Shown here: piece after piece, positions 19,207 through 29,451 of the stretch | Layout: each line of letters starts with the position of its first letter | How positions within the stretch are numbered: the first letter of the stretch is position 1 | Source: an uncultured delta proteobacterium | GTDB lineage: Bacteria > Desulfobacterota > Syntrophia > Syntrophales > Smithellaceae | Direction of reading: 5' to 3' | Length of the DNA stretch: 64,000 nucleotides | Assembly: GCA_963753975.1 (NCBI GenBank) | Contig: CAVWEH010000005.1 | Coordinates: 704,001-768,000 of the forward strand | The notes under the pieces: generated by a model | The model's database searches: none | What the model saw: the letters and a program-made list of their open reading frames with translations, nothing else | Told to the model about the DNA's origin: nothing | Translations under genes and position numbers: made by a program

Positions 19207-19334
19207 ATTATACCGGAAAAAGTCTCCAGCATGCGCCGGACTGCGCATATGCGGAGTTTATCCGGCGTATGCCGGATGCGCGTTTCATCCTCTGGTCTTG
19301 CGCGCCTTGCCTCTGGAGCTTTTTGCGGTATAAT
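19207..19334. repeat. Family-B 128-bp MITE-like repeat containing a 16-bp palindrome doublet
   Basis: Terminal IR ATTATACCG...CGGTATAAT; near-identical core at 21558-21685. Confidence 0.88.
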
Positions 19335-19431
19335 CAAACAAAAGGTAATGATTTTGTTGGCAGTCTCGTTATCTTTTGCAAGCGAACAGGTAAAAATACA
19401 CCGAGATTTTGCAGTAAGTTTAGGAGTTTCA

Positions 19432-21135
19432 TTGGAATATCTCGTCCTAGCCCGAAAATTTCGGCCGCAGTCTTTTGAGGACGTTGCCGGTCAGGAACAT
19501 GTCGTGAAAACCCTGAGAAACGCTATAAGCCGGGGCCGCGTTGCCCACGCGTTTCTTTTCAGCGGTCCGCGCGGTATCGGTAAAACCTCGGTCGCCAGAA
19601 TTCTCGCCAAATCGCTCAATTGCGAAAAAGGCCCGACGCCTATTCCCTGCAATGTCTGCTCCAACTGCCGTGAAATAACCGACGGCTCTTCACTGGATGT
19701 GCGCGAAATTGACGGTGCTTCCAACCGCGGAATCGACGAAATTCGGGAACTGCGGGAAAACGTTAAATTTGCTCCGGCGGCATCCAAATATAAAATCTAT
19801 ATTATCGACGAAGTGCACATGCTCACTAGGGAAGCTTTCAACGCCCTTTTGAAAACGCTGGAAGAACCGCCCTCCCACGTAATTTTTATTTTTGCGACAA
19901 CCGAAAGCCATAAAGTTCCTGCTACCATTCTTTCCCGTTGCCAATGCTATGATTTTCGCCGGATATCGCTCAAAGAAATAATCGCTAATCTGGGCAAGAT
20001 AGCCACGGCGGAAGGAATAAAAATAAGTCCAGCCGCTCTTACCTGGATTGCTGAAGCTGGTGACGGAAGTATGCGCGACGCGCAAAGCATATTCGACCAA
20101 ATCATTTCGTATGCCGGAACAAATATTAAAGATGCCGATGTAGAGGAAAACCTGGGACTTACGGACCGGAAGTATCTATTTGTCCTTTCCGAAGCCGTCT
20201 TACAGAGGAATGCCGGTACCTGTCTGAATATCCTTGAAGAAGCATATTTAGCGGGTATTGACATGAAGCATTTTTATCAAATGCTGCTCAAACATTTCCG
20301 AAATTTGCTTCTGGTTAAAATTGCCGGCTCTGCCAGTTCTTCTTTCGATATCGCGCCGGAGGAAATTGAAAAACTAAAAAATCAAACCAATACCGTATCG
20401 CGTGAAACTTTACAGCGCCTGGCGGAAATTTTAATCGCCGAAGAAGAAAGTTTTCGCCGCAGTCAGGAGCCGCGGATGAAACTGGAGGCTGTACTTGTGA
20501 AGATGGCTTATCTGGAACCGATAATTCCTCTGGGTGAAATTGTGGCGACAATCGAAGCCATCGAACAAAAACTTCGCCAGGGTTTGCCTGCAGCTGCCGG
20601 CAATATTGGAGAGCAACTTGCAACAAATAAACAGGTAAAAGAAATACCTGCTGATTACGGCGCCAAAATTAATATCACCGATGAAAAAAATAATGAGGAT
20701 AGCTTAGCTGGTCAGAATAAGCCTACCGATGATCTGAGAATTCTTTCCGATAATTTGAAGAAATTTATCAAAAAGGAGAATGCGATACTTGGAGCAAAAA
20801 TTGACTCTGCCGAAATTTTAAGTTACGAGAACGGCTGCCTTACGCTGGGATTCCCTAAGGGATTCATATTCCTCGAGGACATCAAAGCCAAAAAGCAAAA
20901 GGATCAACTGGAGCAAATCGCTGGGAAATTTTTCCAGGCTGATGTGACAATAAATATTGCCACTACCGAGGCAGATAAGATAAATACAAACGGCAATAAT
21001 GGGCGCGGCAAAACCAATAGCTTAAGCGACATGAAACGGGAAGCGATAAACCATCCGCTTTTGCAGAAAGTTATGGACGAATTTGCCGGCGCCGAAGTAA
21101 TAGAAATTAAAGCGCGGACAGATAAACCCCGTTAG
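19432..21135 (+). CDS. dnaX: DNA polymerase III subunit gamma/tau
   Basis: ARKFRPQ, GPRGIGKT, IDEVHML; TTG start after AGGAG RBS. Confidence 0.95.
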   Translation: MEYLVLARKFRPQSFEDVAGQEHVVKTLRNAISRGRVAHAFLFSGPRGIGKTSVARILAKSLNCEKGPTPIPCNVCSNCREITDGSSLDVREIDGASNRGIDEIRELRENVKFAPAASKYKIYIIDEVHMLTREAFNALLKTLEEPPSHVIFIFATTESHKVPATILSRCQCYDFRRISLKEIIANLGKIATAEGIKISPAALTWIAEAGDGSMRDAQSIFDQIISYAGTNIKDADVEENLGLTDRKYLFVLSEAVLQRNAGTCLNILEEAYLAGIDMKHFYQMLLKHFRNLLLVKIAGSASSSFDIAPEEIEKLKNQTNTVSRETLQRLAEILIAEEESFRRSQEPRMKLEAVLVKMAYLEPIIPLGEIVATIEAIEQKLRQGLPAAAGNIGEQLATNKQVKEIPADYGAKINITDEKNNEDSLAGQNKPTDDLRILSDNLKKFIKKENAILGAKIDSAEILSYENGCLTLGFPKGFIFLEDIKAKKQKDQLEQIAGKFFQADVTINIATTEADKINTNGNNGRGKTNSLSDMKREAINHPLLQKVMDEFAGAEVIEIKARTDKPR

Positions 21136-21217
21136 TCCCGTTAGAAATCAGAGGACATATGTTAAAAGAAGAGTTTGGATTGTTTGAACCAAGGTGAGCG
21201 TGAGATTTCTAACGGGA
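21136..21217. repeat. 82-bp element with perfect 14-bp terminal inverted repeats
   Basis: TCCCGTTAGAAATC ... GATTTCTAACGGGA. Confidence 0.75.
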
Positions 21218-21242
21218 TAAAAGCAGAAAGGACATAAAAGAG

Positions 21243-21551
21243 GTGCAGAATTTCGGCAATATTATGAAGCAGGCGAAAAAAATGCAGGAGCAAATCGGAC
21301 AGCTCCAGCAGGAATTGGAGGCCAAAACCACAGAAGCGCAGGCCGGCGGCGGAATGGTACGGGTCGTAGTGGACGGCAAGTTTAGAATAGTTTCCATAAA
21401 AATCGAAAAGGAAGCGGTCAATCCCGAAGATATAGAAATGCTGCAGGATTTAATTGCGGCCGCGGTAAATGAGGGAATTCGCAAAGCGCAGGAAATGGCT
21501 TCCGCAGAAATGGCAAAAATCACGGGAGGGATGGGAATTCCCGGCATGTAG
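21243..21551 (+). CDS. ybaB: YbaB/EbfC nucleoid-associated protein
   Basis: MKQAKKMQ, AGGGMV, DIEMLQDLIAAAVN; dnaX-ybaB-recR synteny. Confidence 0.95.
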   Translation: MQNFGNIMKQAKKMQEQIGQLQQELEAKTTEAQAGGGMVRVVVDGKFRIVSIKIEKEAVNPEDIEMLQDLIAAAVNEGIRKAQEMASAEMAKITGGMGIPGM

Positions 21552-21557
21552 GCTATG

Positions 21558-21685
21558 ATGACACGGCCAAAAGTCTCCGGCATACGCCGGACTGCGCATA
21601 TGCGGAGTTTATCCGGCGTATGCCGGATGCGCATTTCATCCTTCGACCTCGCGCGCCTTGCTTCTGGAACTTTTGGTGGAGTCAT
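21558..21685. repeat. Family-B 128-bp repeat
   Basis: Homologous to 19207-19334; terminal IR ATGAC...GTCAT. Confidence 0.88.
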
Positions 21686-21738
21686 TCTGTGAATCTGATT
21701 GTTTAGTGACTTAATTAAGATTCTATTAGGCTGTATTT

Positions 21739-22338
21739 ATGAAAGCATACGCTCAACCCATAAAACGACTGATCGCCGAACTCGGTAAACTTCCCGGTAT
21801 CGGCGAAAAAACAGCTGCCCGTCTGGCTAACTATATTTTACGCGCAACGGCGGACGACGTAAAGAAACTTGCGGAAAGCATCATTGAAGTCAAAAGAAAA
21901 ATCAAACTCTGCCGGATTTGCTTAAACCTGACCGAGGGAGATGTTTGCCATATTTGTCACGACACGACAAGAGATCATGGCGTGATTTGCGTTGTGGAAG
22001 AACCGGATGCGATGGTGGTAATTGAAGAGAGTGGAGGATTTCGGGGGACTTATCATGTTTTGCACGGACACCTGGCGCCTCTGGATGGAATTGGGCCGGA
22101 AAATCTGCGGTTAAACGAACTTCTCCAGCGAATTAACGGCGGCAAAATCAAAGAAGTGATTATCGCTACAAATCCCGATGTCCACGGCGAAGCGACTGCT
22201 TTGCTGATTATCAGGATGCTCAAAGGGAAAAAAATTAAGGTGACGCGCATTGCCACGGGCGTGCCCATGGGCGGCGACTTGAAATACATTGACAAGATGA
22301 CTATTTCCAAATCGTTGGAATTCCGGCGCGGCATATAG
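21739..22338 (+). CDS. recR: Recombination mediator RecR
   Basis: [13 protein letters not shown]4 zinc finger, Toprim domain. Confidence 0.97.
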   Translation: MKAYAQPIKRLIAELGKLPGIGEKTAARLANYILRATADDVKKLAESIIEVKRKIKLCRICLNLTEGDVCHICHDTTRDHGVICVVEEPDAMVVIEESGGFRGTYHVLHGHLAPLDGIGPENLRLNELLQRINGGKIKEVIIATNPDVHGEATALLIIRMLKGKKIKVTRIATGVPMGGDLKYIDKMTISKSLEFRRGI

Positions 22339-22339
22339 T

Positions 22340-22462
22340 ATGACACCATAAAACAGCCTTTGGCTACTTTGTTGGCTGTGTCTTCGGGTTGCGGCGTATG
22401 CGAAAAATACGCCGCACTTCTCAGGCCTCGCGCGCCTTGCCTCTGGTCATTTTTGACGTCAT
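22340..22462. repeat. Divergent family-B repeat
   Basis: ATGAC...GTCAT ends and shared CGCGCGCCTTGCCTCTGG core. Confidence 0.7.
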
Positions 22463-22511
22463 AAGGCTAAATATTTTTATTGACTATTTTATGGAGTTTT
22501 CGAGTGTAGAT

Positions 22512-23384
22512 ATGGAAAAGAAAACCAGAAAAACAGCTAAGCCGGCAGATCGATTGCAAGCTAATTACCGCGACGGTAAAAAAACTTTTTATCGAAGCTA
22601 ATACTGTCTTTAGGTACGGATGTTGTGGAAGCGCTACGCAAATCTCTGCCCAAAGAGGAATCGGCAACCGGCAGAGAGGTGCTCGCAAAAATAATGGAAA
22701 ATGCTGATATTGCCTGCCGTAGTAAAATGCCCATCTGTCAGGATACAGGACTGGCGGTTGTCTTTCTTGAAATCGGGCAGGATGTTCATATCGTCGGCGG
22801 GAATCTACGGGAAGCAATTGATGAAGGTGTGAGGCAGGCTTACTGCTGAGGGCTATTTGCGAAAATCAGTCTGTGATCCGCTGACCAGAAAAAACACACA
22901 GGATAATACACCGGCGATAATTCATGTTGATATTGTCGAAGGCGACAGGCTGAAAATAATTGCCATGCCCAAAGGCGGCGGCAGTGAAAACATGAGCGCG
23001 GCGAAAATGCTTACGCCGGCGGCGGGGAGCGACGGCATTAAAAAATTTGTTCTGGAAACGGTGGAGCAAGCGGGCGCCAATCCTTGCCCGCCCATTATGG
23101 TCGGAGTAGGTATCGGCGGCTCCCTGGAAGAAGCCTGCATCCTGGCCAAGAAGGCGCTGTTAAGACCAGTAGGCGAAGGTAATAGTAAAGATGAACGTTT
23201 GGCTCAAATGGAAAAGGAACTTTATACCGGTATTAACGATCTGGGTATTGGTCCGGGAGGTCTTGGCGGAAGGGTTACAGCACTGGCCGTAAATGTAGAA
23301 ATGATGCCCTGCCATATAGCCTCTCTGCCTGTCGCGGTAAATATTCAATGTCATGTCGCCAGGCATAAGGAAGAGATTATATGA
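22512..23384 (+). CDS. Fe-S fumarate hydratase (tartrate/fumarate family) alpha subunit, frameshifted near 22520, 22610 and 22845
   Basis: PICQDTG, DNTPAII, PKGGGSEN, PCHIAS, QCHVARH spread over several frames. Confidence 0.85.
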
Positions 23385-23968
23385 AGGACGTCGCTGTGAC
23401 TGAAGAAAAAGAGATACCTCGCCATATTCAGACACCTCTGACCAAAGAAGTTGTGCTGTCTCTGCGGACAGGAGATATGGTTTTATTGAGCGGCGAGGTT
23501 TACACGGCACGAGATGTCGCGCACCGTCGCCTCTATGACGCGTTGATAAGAGGTGAGGCTCTGCCTATAGATTTAAAGAAAAGTGTTATATTTTACGCGG
23601 CTCCCACGCCCACTCCGCCGGGTAAGGCCATCGGTTCCATCGGTCCAACAACCAGTTACCGGATGGATTTCTTCACTCCGAAGTTAATCGAAAACGGCCT
23701 CATGGGAATGATCGGTAAAGGCAGCCGTTCACCGGAAGTCATAGCGGCACTGCAAAAATACGGTGCCGTTTATTTTGGCGCTATCGGCGGCATTGCGGCT
23801 CTTTCTGCTCAATGTGTTCAAAAAGCCGAGCTTATTGCCTACGAAGACCTTGGCCCGGAAGCCATCAGAAAGTTGACCATCGTTGATTTTCCGGCAATTG
23901 TCGTTAATGATGCTTACGGAAATGATTTATATGCCGAAGCCAAGAATAAATGGCGCGTAAATCGTTAA
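23381..23968 (+). CDS. Fe-S fumarate hydratase beta subunit
   Basis: YTARDVAH, GPTTSYRM, IGKG, DLGPEAI. Confidence 0.9.
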   Translation: MKDVAVTEEKEIPRHIQTPLTKEVVLSLRTGDMVLLSGEVYTARDVAHRRLYDALIRGEALPIDLKKSVIFYAAPTPTPPGKAIGSIGPTTSYRMDFFTPKLIENGLMGMIGKGSRSPEVIAALQKYGAVYFGAIGGIAALSAQCVQKAELIAYEDLGPEAIRKLTIVDFPAIVVNDAYGNDLYAEAKNKWRVNR

Positions 23969-24073
23969 CCGTAAAAAATTTATATTGCGAAAAAAGTTGA
24001 CAGAAAAATTCGAATATAATAGAAAAACACTTCACTTTACTTCGTAATAACTAATCCGGCAGGAGAGATTATA

Positions 24074-24625
24074 ATGATAGAAGTTAGATGGCACGGCAGG
24101 GGCGGCCAAGGTGCGGTAACATCGGTAGAATTGCTCGCGGTGGCGGCCATAGGCGCGGGTAAATATGCTCAAGGCTTCCCCAGCTTCGGCCCGGAGAGAA
24201 GAGGAGCGCCCGTTGCCGCTTTCAGCCGCATAGATGACAAAAAAATCAAGGTACGTTCCGGCATTTATCAGCCTGATGTCGTTGTAGTGCTGGATTCCAG
24301 CTTGATCGGCATGGTAAACATGACCGAAGGTTTGAAGCCTGACGGAATATTGATTGTGAATACGCCGAAATCGCCGGAGGAAATGAAAAAAGAACTGAAT
24401 TTCAGCGGCACGACCGCAACTGTCGATGCAACGGGCATTGCCAGGAAGGAAATGGGGGTGCCCATTGCCAATACGACAATGCTGGGCGCTTTGATAAAGA
24501 TGATTGACACTATAAACCTGGACGCTCTGAAAGAACCCATAGAACACCGCTTCGGCAGGATTGCGCAAAAGAATTTAACCGCCATGAAAAGGGCTTACGA
24601 AGAAACTAAAATCAGTAAAAATTGA
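24074..24625 (+). CDS. porC: Pyruvate/2-oxoacid:ferredoxin oxidoreductase gamma subunit
   Basis: HGRGGQG, FGPERRGAP. Confidence 0.9.
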   Translation: MIEVRWHGRGGQGAVTSVELLAVAAIGAGKYAQGFPSFGPERRGAPVAAFSRIDDKKIKVRSGIYQPDVVVVLDSSLIGMVNMTEGLKPDGILIVNTPKSPEEMKKELNFSGTTATVDATGIARKEMGVPIANTTMLGALIKMIDTINLDALKEPIEHRFGRIAQKNLTAMKRAYEETKISKN

Positions 24626-24637
24626 GGTGTAAGAATC

Positions 24638-24928
24638 ATGACAAAAAAGAAAGGGCCTGATGCCTGGCAGGAAATAACCACGGGATGCGTCGTTTTCGAA
24701 CCGGGCAGCGCCAGTGAATATCATACGGGAAGCTGGCGGGCGCAAAGGCCGGTTTGGAATAATCAAAAATGCATCAAGTGCGGTATTTGCTATATCTTTT
24801 GTCCGGAAGGGTGCATTCAGCAAAGCGAAGACGGTTTTTTCCGGGCCAATCTGGACTATTGTAAGGGCTGCGGCATTTGTGCACACGAATGCTGGCCGAG
24901 GGCAATAGCAATGACGGAGGAGGGATAA
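24638..24928 (+). CDS. porD: 2-oxoacid:ferredoxin oxidoreductase delta subunit (2x[4Fe-4S])
   Basis: TGSWR, CIKCGICYIFCP, YCKGCGICAHEC. Confidence 0.9.
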   Translation: MTKKKGPDAWQEITTGCVVFEPGSASEYHTGSWRAQRPVWNNQKCIKCGICYIFCPEGCIQQSEDGFFRANLDYCKGCGICAHECWPRAIAMTEEG

Positions 24929-24930
24929 GC

Positions 24931-26109
24931 ATGCCTAAGCGCGTTGGAATGGAAGTGGCAATTGCCGTCGCCGAAGCCGTGGGGCAGTGCAATATCGACA
25001 TGGCTGCTGTTTATCCCATTACGCCCCAATCGCATATTGCGGAACATCTCTCCGATCTTGTAGCTGATGGAAAAATAGACGCGGAATTCGTCACGGTGGA
25101 ATCCGAGCATTCGGCGATGAGCGCGGTTATCGGTGCTTCCGGCACCGGCGCGCGGGTATATACGGCGACAAGCTCCCAGGGCTTAATGTTGATGCATGAA
25201 CTTTTGCCGATTGCTTCGGGCATGAGACTGCCGATTGTGATGGGAATCGCGAACCGGGCTGTTTCCGGACCTTTAAATATATTAAATGATCATTCGGATA
25301 TTATGCCGCAGCGCGATTCCGGCTGGATTTCAATGTTTGTGGAAAACGGGCAGGAAGCGATTGATTTGTCGATACAGGCATTCAAGATTGCCGAGCATAA
25401 AGACGTTCTGCTCCCGGTATGCATAAATATCGACGGATTTCAGTTGACACACATGGTGGAGCCGGTGGAATTTCCGGAGCAGGAATTAGTGGATAAATTT
25501 TTGCCGCCGCGTGAGCCCTATGCGACGCTTCATCCGGGTAAACCCGTCACTATGGGCGCTTTCGCCATGGCGGATTACTACCCGGAAATGATGAAAGCAA
25601 AAAATGAGGCTTTAAAAAATTCCCAGAAAACGATTCTTGCCGTTTGGGAAGAATGGGCAAAAATATTCGGTCGCCGTTACAAACCGGTGGAAACATATAA
25701 AGCGGAAGGCGCAGAAATTCTACTTCTGACAATGGGCTCGATGGGCGAAACGGCGGAAGTGGCGATCGATGAGCTTCGTGCCAAAGGGAAATCGGTAGGT
25801 CTGATAAAACTCAGACTTTGGCGGCCGTTTCCATTTGAGGAGTTGAAAGAAGCTGCGAAGGAAGCGAAGAAATTAATTGTTACCGACCGCGCCGTTTCTT
25901 TCGGCGGGCCGGGAGGACCGGTTTTCTCGGAAATAAAATCCGCCCTTTATCATGAAGAGACGCGTCCGATGATCTGCAACTACATTATCGGATTGGGCGG
26001 CCGCGATGTAGCGGTAACAGACTTTACAGCAATGATCACAAGAGTCATCCGGGAAGACTCAAAAAAAATAGCGGACACCTGTGAATTTTGGGGAGTAAGA
26101 GAGAAATGA
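24931..26109 (+). CDS. porA: 2-oxoacid:ferredoxin oxidoreductase alpha subunit
   Basis: YPITPQ, VESEHSA, TATSSQGL, NR, WRPFP. Confidence 0.92.
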   Translation: MPKRVGMEVAIAVAEAVGQCNIDMAAVYPITPQSHIAEHLSDLVADGKIDAEFVTVESEHSAMSAVIGASGTGARVYTATSSQGLMLMHELLPIASGMRLPIVMGIANRAVSGPLNILNDHSDIMPQRDSGWISMFVENGQEAIDLSIQAFKIAEHKDVLLPVCINIDGFQLTHMVEPVEFPEQELVDKFLPPREPYATLHPGKPVTMGAFAMADYYPEMMKAKNEALKNSQKTILAVWEEWAKIFGRRYKPVETYKAEGAEILLLTMGSMGETAEVAIDELRAKGKSVGLIKLRLWRPFPFEELKEAAKEAKKLIVTDRAVSFGGPGGPVFSEIKSALYHEETRPMICNYIIGLGGRDVAVTDFTAMITRVIREDSKKIADTCEFWGVREK

Positions 26110-27056
26110 ATATTGTAGAGAATTTTGATTTATATGCCCCGCGGCTGGTAAATAAGAAGGAATTGTTCTGCGCCGGCCACCGCGCCTGCCAGGGCTGCGG
26201 CGAGGCTTTGGCTGTAAGGCTCATGTGCAAAGCTCTGGGTGAAAATACGGTTATTGCTTCGGCGACCGGTTGCATGGAGATAGTATCGAGCCTGTATCCG
26301 ACTACTGTGTGGGAAGTGCCCTGGATTCATGTGGCCTTTGAAAACGCGGCGGCAGTAGCCTCCGGCGTAGAGGCCGGCCTCAAGGCGCTGCGCAAGAAGG
26401 GCAAGATCGACGACCGCAATATAAAAGTTGTCGGTATGGCGGGTGACGGCGGCACAATGGATATCGGCCTGCAGGCGCTCTCCGGTGCGATGGAACGCGG
26501 ACATGACATGCTTTTTGTCTGTTTCGACAATGAAGCTTATATGAACACGGGAATTCAGCGCTCCAGCGGCACACCGATGGGCGCATCAACTACGACTGCA
26601 CCGGCAGGCAAAATCAGTTACGGGCAGAAGACGTGGAAGAAGAATATGCCGGAGATAATGGTTGCCCACAATGTTCCTTACGTGGCCACGGCTTGTCCCA
26701 GTTACCCGCTTGATTTCATCCGCAAAGTGGAGAAGGCCAAAAAAACCAAAGGGCCTTCTTATATCCATTGCTTCTCCGTGTGTCCGACCGGCTGGCGCTC
26801 ACCCTCGCATTTGACTATCGCTCTGGGACGCCTGGTTGTCGAAACCGGCATATTCCCGCTCTACGAAGTGGAAAACGGCGAGTATAAGATTTCCGCGGAA
26901 ATGCCGAAAAAATTAAAGCCGATTAAAGATTATTTCAAAACGCAGGGACGCTTCCGTCACTTGACGGATGATGAAATCAAGATGATTCAGGAAAGAGTAA
27001 ATAGTGAATACAAAAAACTTTTGAACAAAGTCGAATGCCTGAAAGCATGGGATTGA
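26106..27056 (+). CDS. porB: 2-oxoacid:ferredoxin oxidoreductase beta subunit (TPP-binding)
   Basis: ACQGC, GDGG, DNEAYMNTG, CPTGW. Confidence 0.92.
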   Translation: MNIVENFDLYAPRLVNKKELFCAGHRACQGCGEALAVRLMCKALGENTVIASATGCMEIVSSLYPTTVWEVPWIHVAFENAAAVASGVEAGLKALRKKGKIDDRNIKVVGMAGDGGTMDIGLQALSGAMERGHDMLFVCFDNEAYMNTGIQRSSGTPMGASTTTAPAGKISYGQKTWKKNMPEIMVAHNVPYVATACPSYPLDFIRKVEKAKKTKGPSYIHCFSVCPTGWRSPSHLTIALGRLVVETGIFPLYEVENGEYKISAEMPKKLKPIKDYFKTQGRFRHLTDDEIKMIQERVNSEYKKLLNKVECLKAWD

Positions 27057-27096
27057 TATTGCACGAGGACCGGAAAAATTCTGAGGTGATTTACGC

Positions 27097-27594
27097 ATGA
27101 AGAAAGCCACAACTACTGCCGCAACTACTATAGAAGCGAAAACAAAAGAAATTATAAAAAAACATAACAGGGACAAGAGTTCCTTAATTGCTGTTTTGCA
27201 GGATGTTCAACAACAATATAACTACCTGCCTAAAGACGCGCTCGCGACCGTTAATTGCGAAATGGAAATTCCAGCCAGCCGTATTTATGAGGTGGCAACC
27301 TTTTATGACGCCTTCAGCCTCACACCGAGAGGAGAGCATGTCATCAAGCTTTGCCAGGGTACAGCCTGCCACGTCCGCGGTGCAGCCGCAATACTCGATA
27401 AGCTGGAAAGAACGCTGGGAATAAAACCGGGCGAGACGACCAGCGATCGGAAATTTACTCTGGAGACGGTTAACTGCGTTGGGGCCTGCGCCATCGGTCC
27501 TGTCATGGTAGTCGACGGAGAATATCACGGACAGGTAAACATGGCTAAAGTGGATAAAGTTATCGGACCGCTGAAGAAGGGGGAACAACGATGA
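27097..27594 (+). CDS. NuoE/HydC-like [2Fe-2S] subunit
   Basis: [20 protein letters not shown]. Confidence 0.9.
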   Translation: MKKATTTAATTIEAKTKEIIKKHNRDKSSLIAVLQDVQQQYNYLPKDALATVNCEMEIPASRIYEVATFYDAFSLTPRGEHVIKLCQGTACHVRGAAAILDKLERTLGIKPGETTSDRKFTLETVNCVGACAIGPVMVVDGEYHGQVNMAKVDKVIGPLKKGEQR

Positions 27595-29435
27595 AAAAAA
27601 ATATCGATATTCAAGCCCACCAGCTTCCGGATGATTTGACAAAAAATTACGGTCCGAATAAAAAGTTTGTTACGATTTGCGCCGGCACTGGTTGTCGTGC
27701 TGCGGGCAGTCTCAAGGTCAAAGAGGCCCTCGAGGCCGAATTAAAAAAACAAAACATGAACGTGGATGTCCTCGCCACAGGCTGTTTGGGATTCTGCGAA
27801 AAAGGCCCCATGGTCGTTGTCTATCCCGACAAGTATTTTTATCAGCAGGTAAAAGTCCAGGACGTGCCGGAAATCGTCTCCAAAACCGTGGCCAAAGGGG
27901 AAGTTATCAGCCGCCTGCTCTACCGCCATCCGGAAACGAAAAAAACTTTGTTTCGGGAAGATGACTTGCCCTTTTACAAAAAGCAGCTTCGCGTAGTATT
28001 CGGCCAAAATGGCATGATTGATCCTACGCGGCTCGATGATTATCTTGCCATCGACGGCTACCAGGCGCTGGGCAAAGCGCTTTCCGAAATGACACCTGAA
28101 GGCGTAATCAGCGAAGTGAAGAAGGCCGGCTTGCGCGGCCGTGGCGGCGGAGGCTTTCCTGCGTCCGTCAAGTGGGAAGGAGTACGCAAGGCGCCAGGTG
28201 TTCCCAAATATGTCATCGCCAACGGAGACGAAGGCGACCCCGGAGCCTATATGGACAGAAGCCTCATGGAAGGCAATCCCCACAGCATCATCGAAGGCAT
28301 GATCATCGGTGCTTACGCCGTAGGCGCGCACGAAGGTTATATCTACGTGAGAAACGAATACCCGCTGGCGGTGACGCATCTAACAATAGCGATTGCGGCT
28401 GCCAAGGAAATGGGGCTTTTAGGCAAAAACATTTTAGGCACTGATTTTTCGTTTGATATTCATATTAGCAAAGGTGCAGGAGCATTTGTCTGTGGTGAAT
28501 CCTCCGCGCTGTTTGCTTCGATAGAAGGCCGCGCCGGTGAACCGCGCGCCAAATATGTCCACGCTGTGGAAAAAGGCCTGTGGGACAAACCCACAGTACT
28601 CAACAACGTGGAAACATGGGCCAACGTTCCTCTAATCATCAATCGCGGAGCTGATTGGTATAATTCCATCGGTACGGAAAAAAGCAAGGGTACAAAAATA
28701 TTTTCTCTTGTCGGTAAGATTAATAATACCGGCTTAGTCGAAGTTCCGATGGGCACAACGCTCTACGAAATCATTTACGACATGGGAGGCGGTATTACAA
28801 ACGGCCGTAAGTTCAAAGCCGTGCAGACCGGTGGTCCTTCCGGCGGATGCATTCCGGAGAACCTGCTGGATATTCCCGTTGATTTCGATAAACTCGCCGA
28901 AGTCGGCTCCATGATGGGTTCCGGCGGTATGATCGTCATGGACGACAGTTCCTGTATGGTCGATGTCGCCAGATACTTCCTCGCCTTTCTTAAGGAGGAA
29001 TCCTGCGGCAAATGCGTGCCCTGCCGTGAAGGGGTTCGACGGATGAGTGATATTCTGGAAGATATCTGCGCGGGAAAGGGCAAAGAAGGGGATGTAGAGC
29101 TCTTGGAAACGATGTCGCGTGCCATCAGTGACGGTTCACTTTGTGCGTTAGGTGGCAGCGCCCCAAACCCGGTACTTAGCACTATTAAGTATTTCCGCGA
29201 TGAATATGATGCCCACATCAAGAAAAAACGCTGTCCTGCCGGTGTCTGTAAGGCTCTTATCAAATACAGTATTAATCCCGAAAAGTGTACCGGTTGCGGC
29301 ATGTGCGTCAAGGTATGTCCCACATCAGCCGCAAGCGGAGAAAAGAAGAAACCACATATTATTGATAATGAAAAGTGCATCAGATGCGGCGCCTGCATAG
29401 AGAGCTGCAAATTCGATGCAATAAAGATTGAATAA
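27591..29435 (+). CDS. NuoF/HydB-like NADH/FMN-binding subunit
   Basis: [33 protein letters not shown], extra N-terminal 2Fe-2S and C-terminal 2x[4Fe-4S] domains. Confidence 0.92.
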   Translation: MKKNIDIQAHQLPDDLTKNYGPNKKFVTICAGTGCRAAGSLKVKEALEAELKKQNMNVDVLATGCLGFCEKGPMVVVYPDKYFYQQVKVQDVPEIVSKTVAKGEVISRLLYRHPETKKTLFREDDLPFYKKQLRVVFGQNGMIDPTRLDDYLAIDGYQALGKALSEMTPEGVISEVKKAGLRGRGGGGFPASVKWEGVRKAPGVPKYVIANGDEGDPGAYMDRSLMEGNPHSIIEGMIIGAYAVGAHEGYIYVRNEYPLAVTHLTIAIAAAKEMGLLGKNILGTDFSFDIHISKGAGAFVCGESSALFASIEGRAGEPRAKYVHAVEKGLWDKPTVLNNVETWANVPLIINRGADWYNSIGTEKSKGTKIFSLVGKINNTGLVEVPMGTTLYEIIYDMGGGITNGRKFKAVQTGGPSGGCIPENLLDIPVDFDKLAEVGSMMGSGGMIVMDDSSCMVDVARYFLAFLKEESCGKCVPCREGVRRMSDILEDICAGKGKEGDVELLETMSRAISDGSLCALGGSAPNPVLSTIKYFRDEYDAHIKKKRCPAGVCKALIKYSINPEKCTGCGMCVKVCPTSAASGEKKKPHIIDNEKCIRCGACIESCKFDAIKIE

Positions 29436-29451
29436 AGGCAGGGTATATACA

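Noticed and set aside
19231..19431. Long N-terminal extension of DnaX
   Set aside because: Runs through a repeat; RBS and conserved start point to TTG at 19432
19140..21685. Minus-strand ORFs 19140-19337 and 21209-21685 sharing RIRHTPDKLRICAVRRM
   Set aside because: Translations of the family-B DNA repeat, overlapping ffs and ybaB antisense
22840..22860. TGA in fumarase alpha as possible selenocysteine
   Set aside because: The downstream coding sequence is in another frame and the position is not a conserved Cys; it is a frameshift
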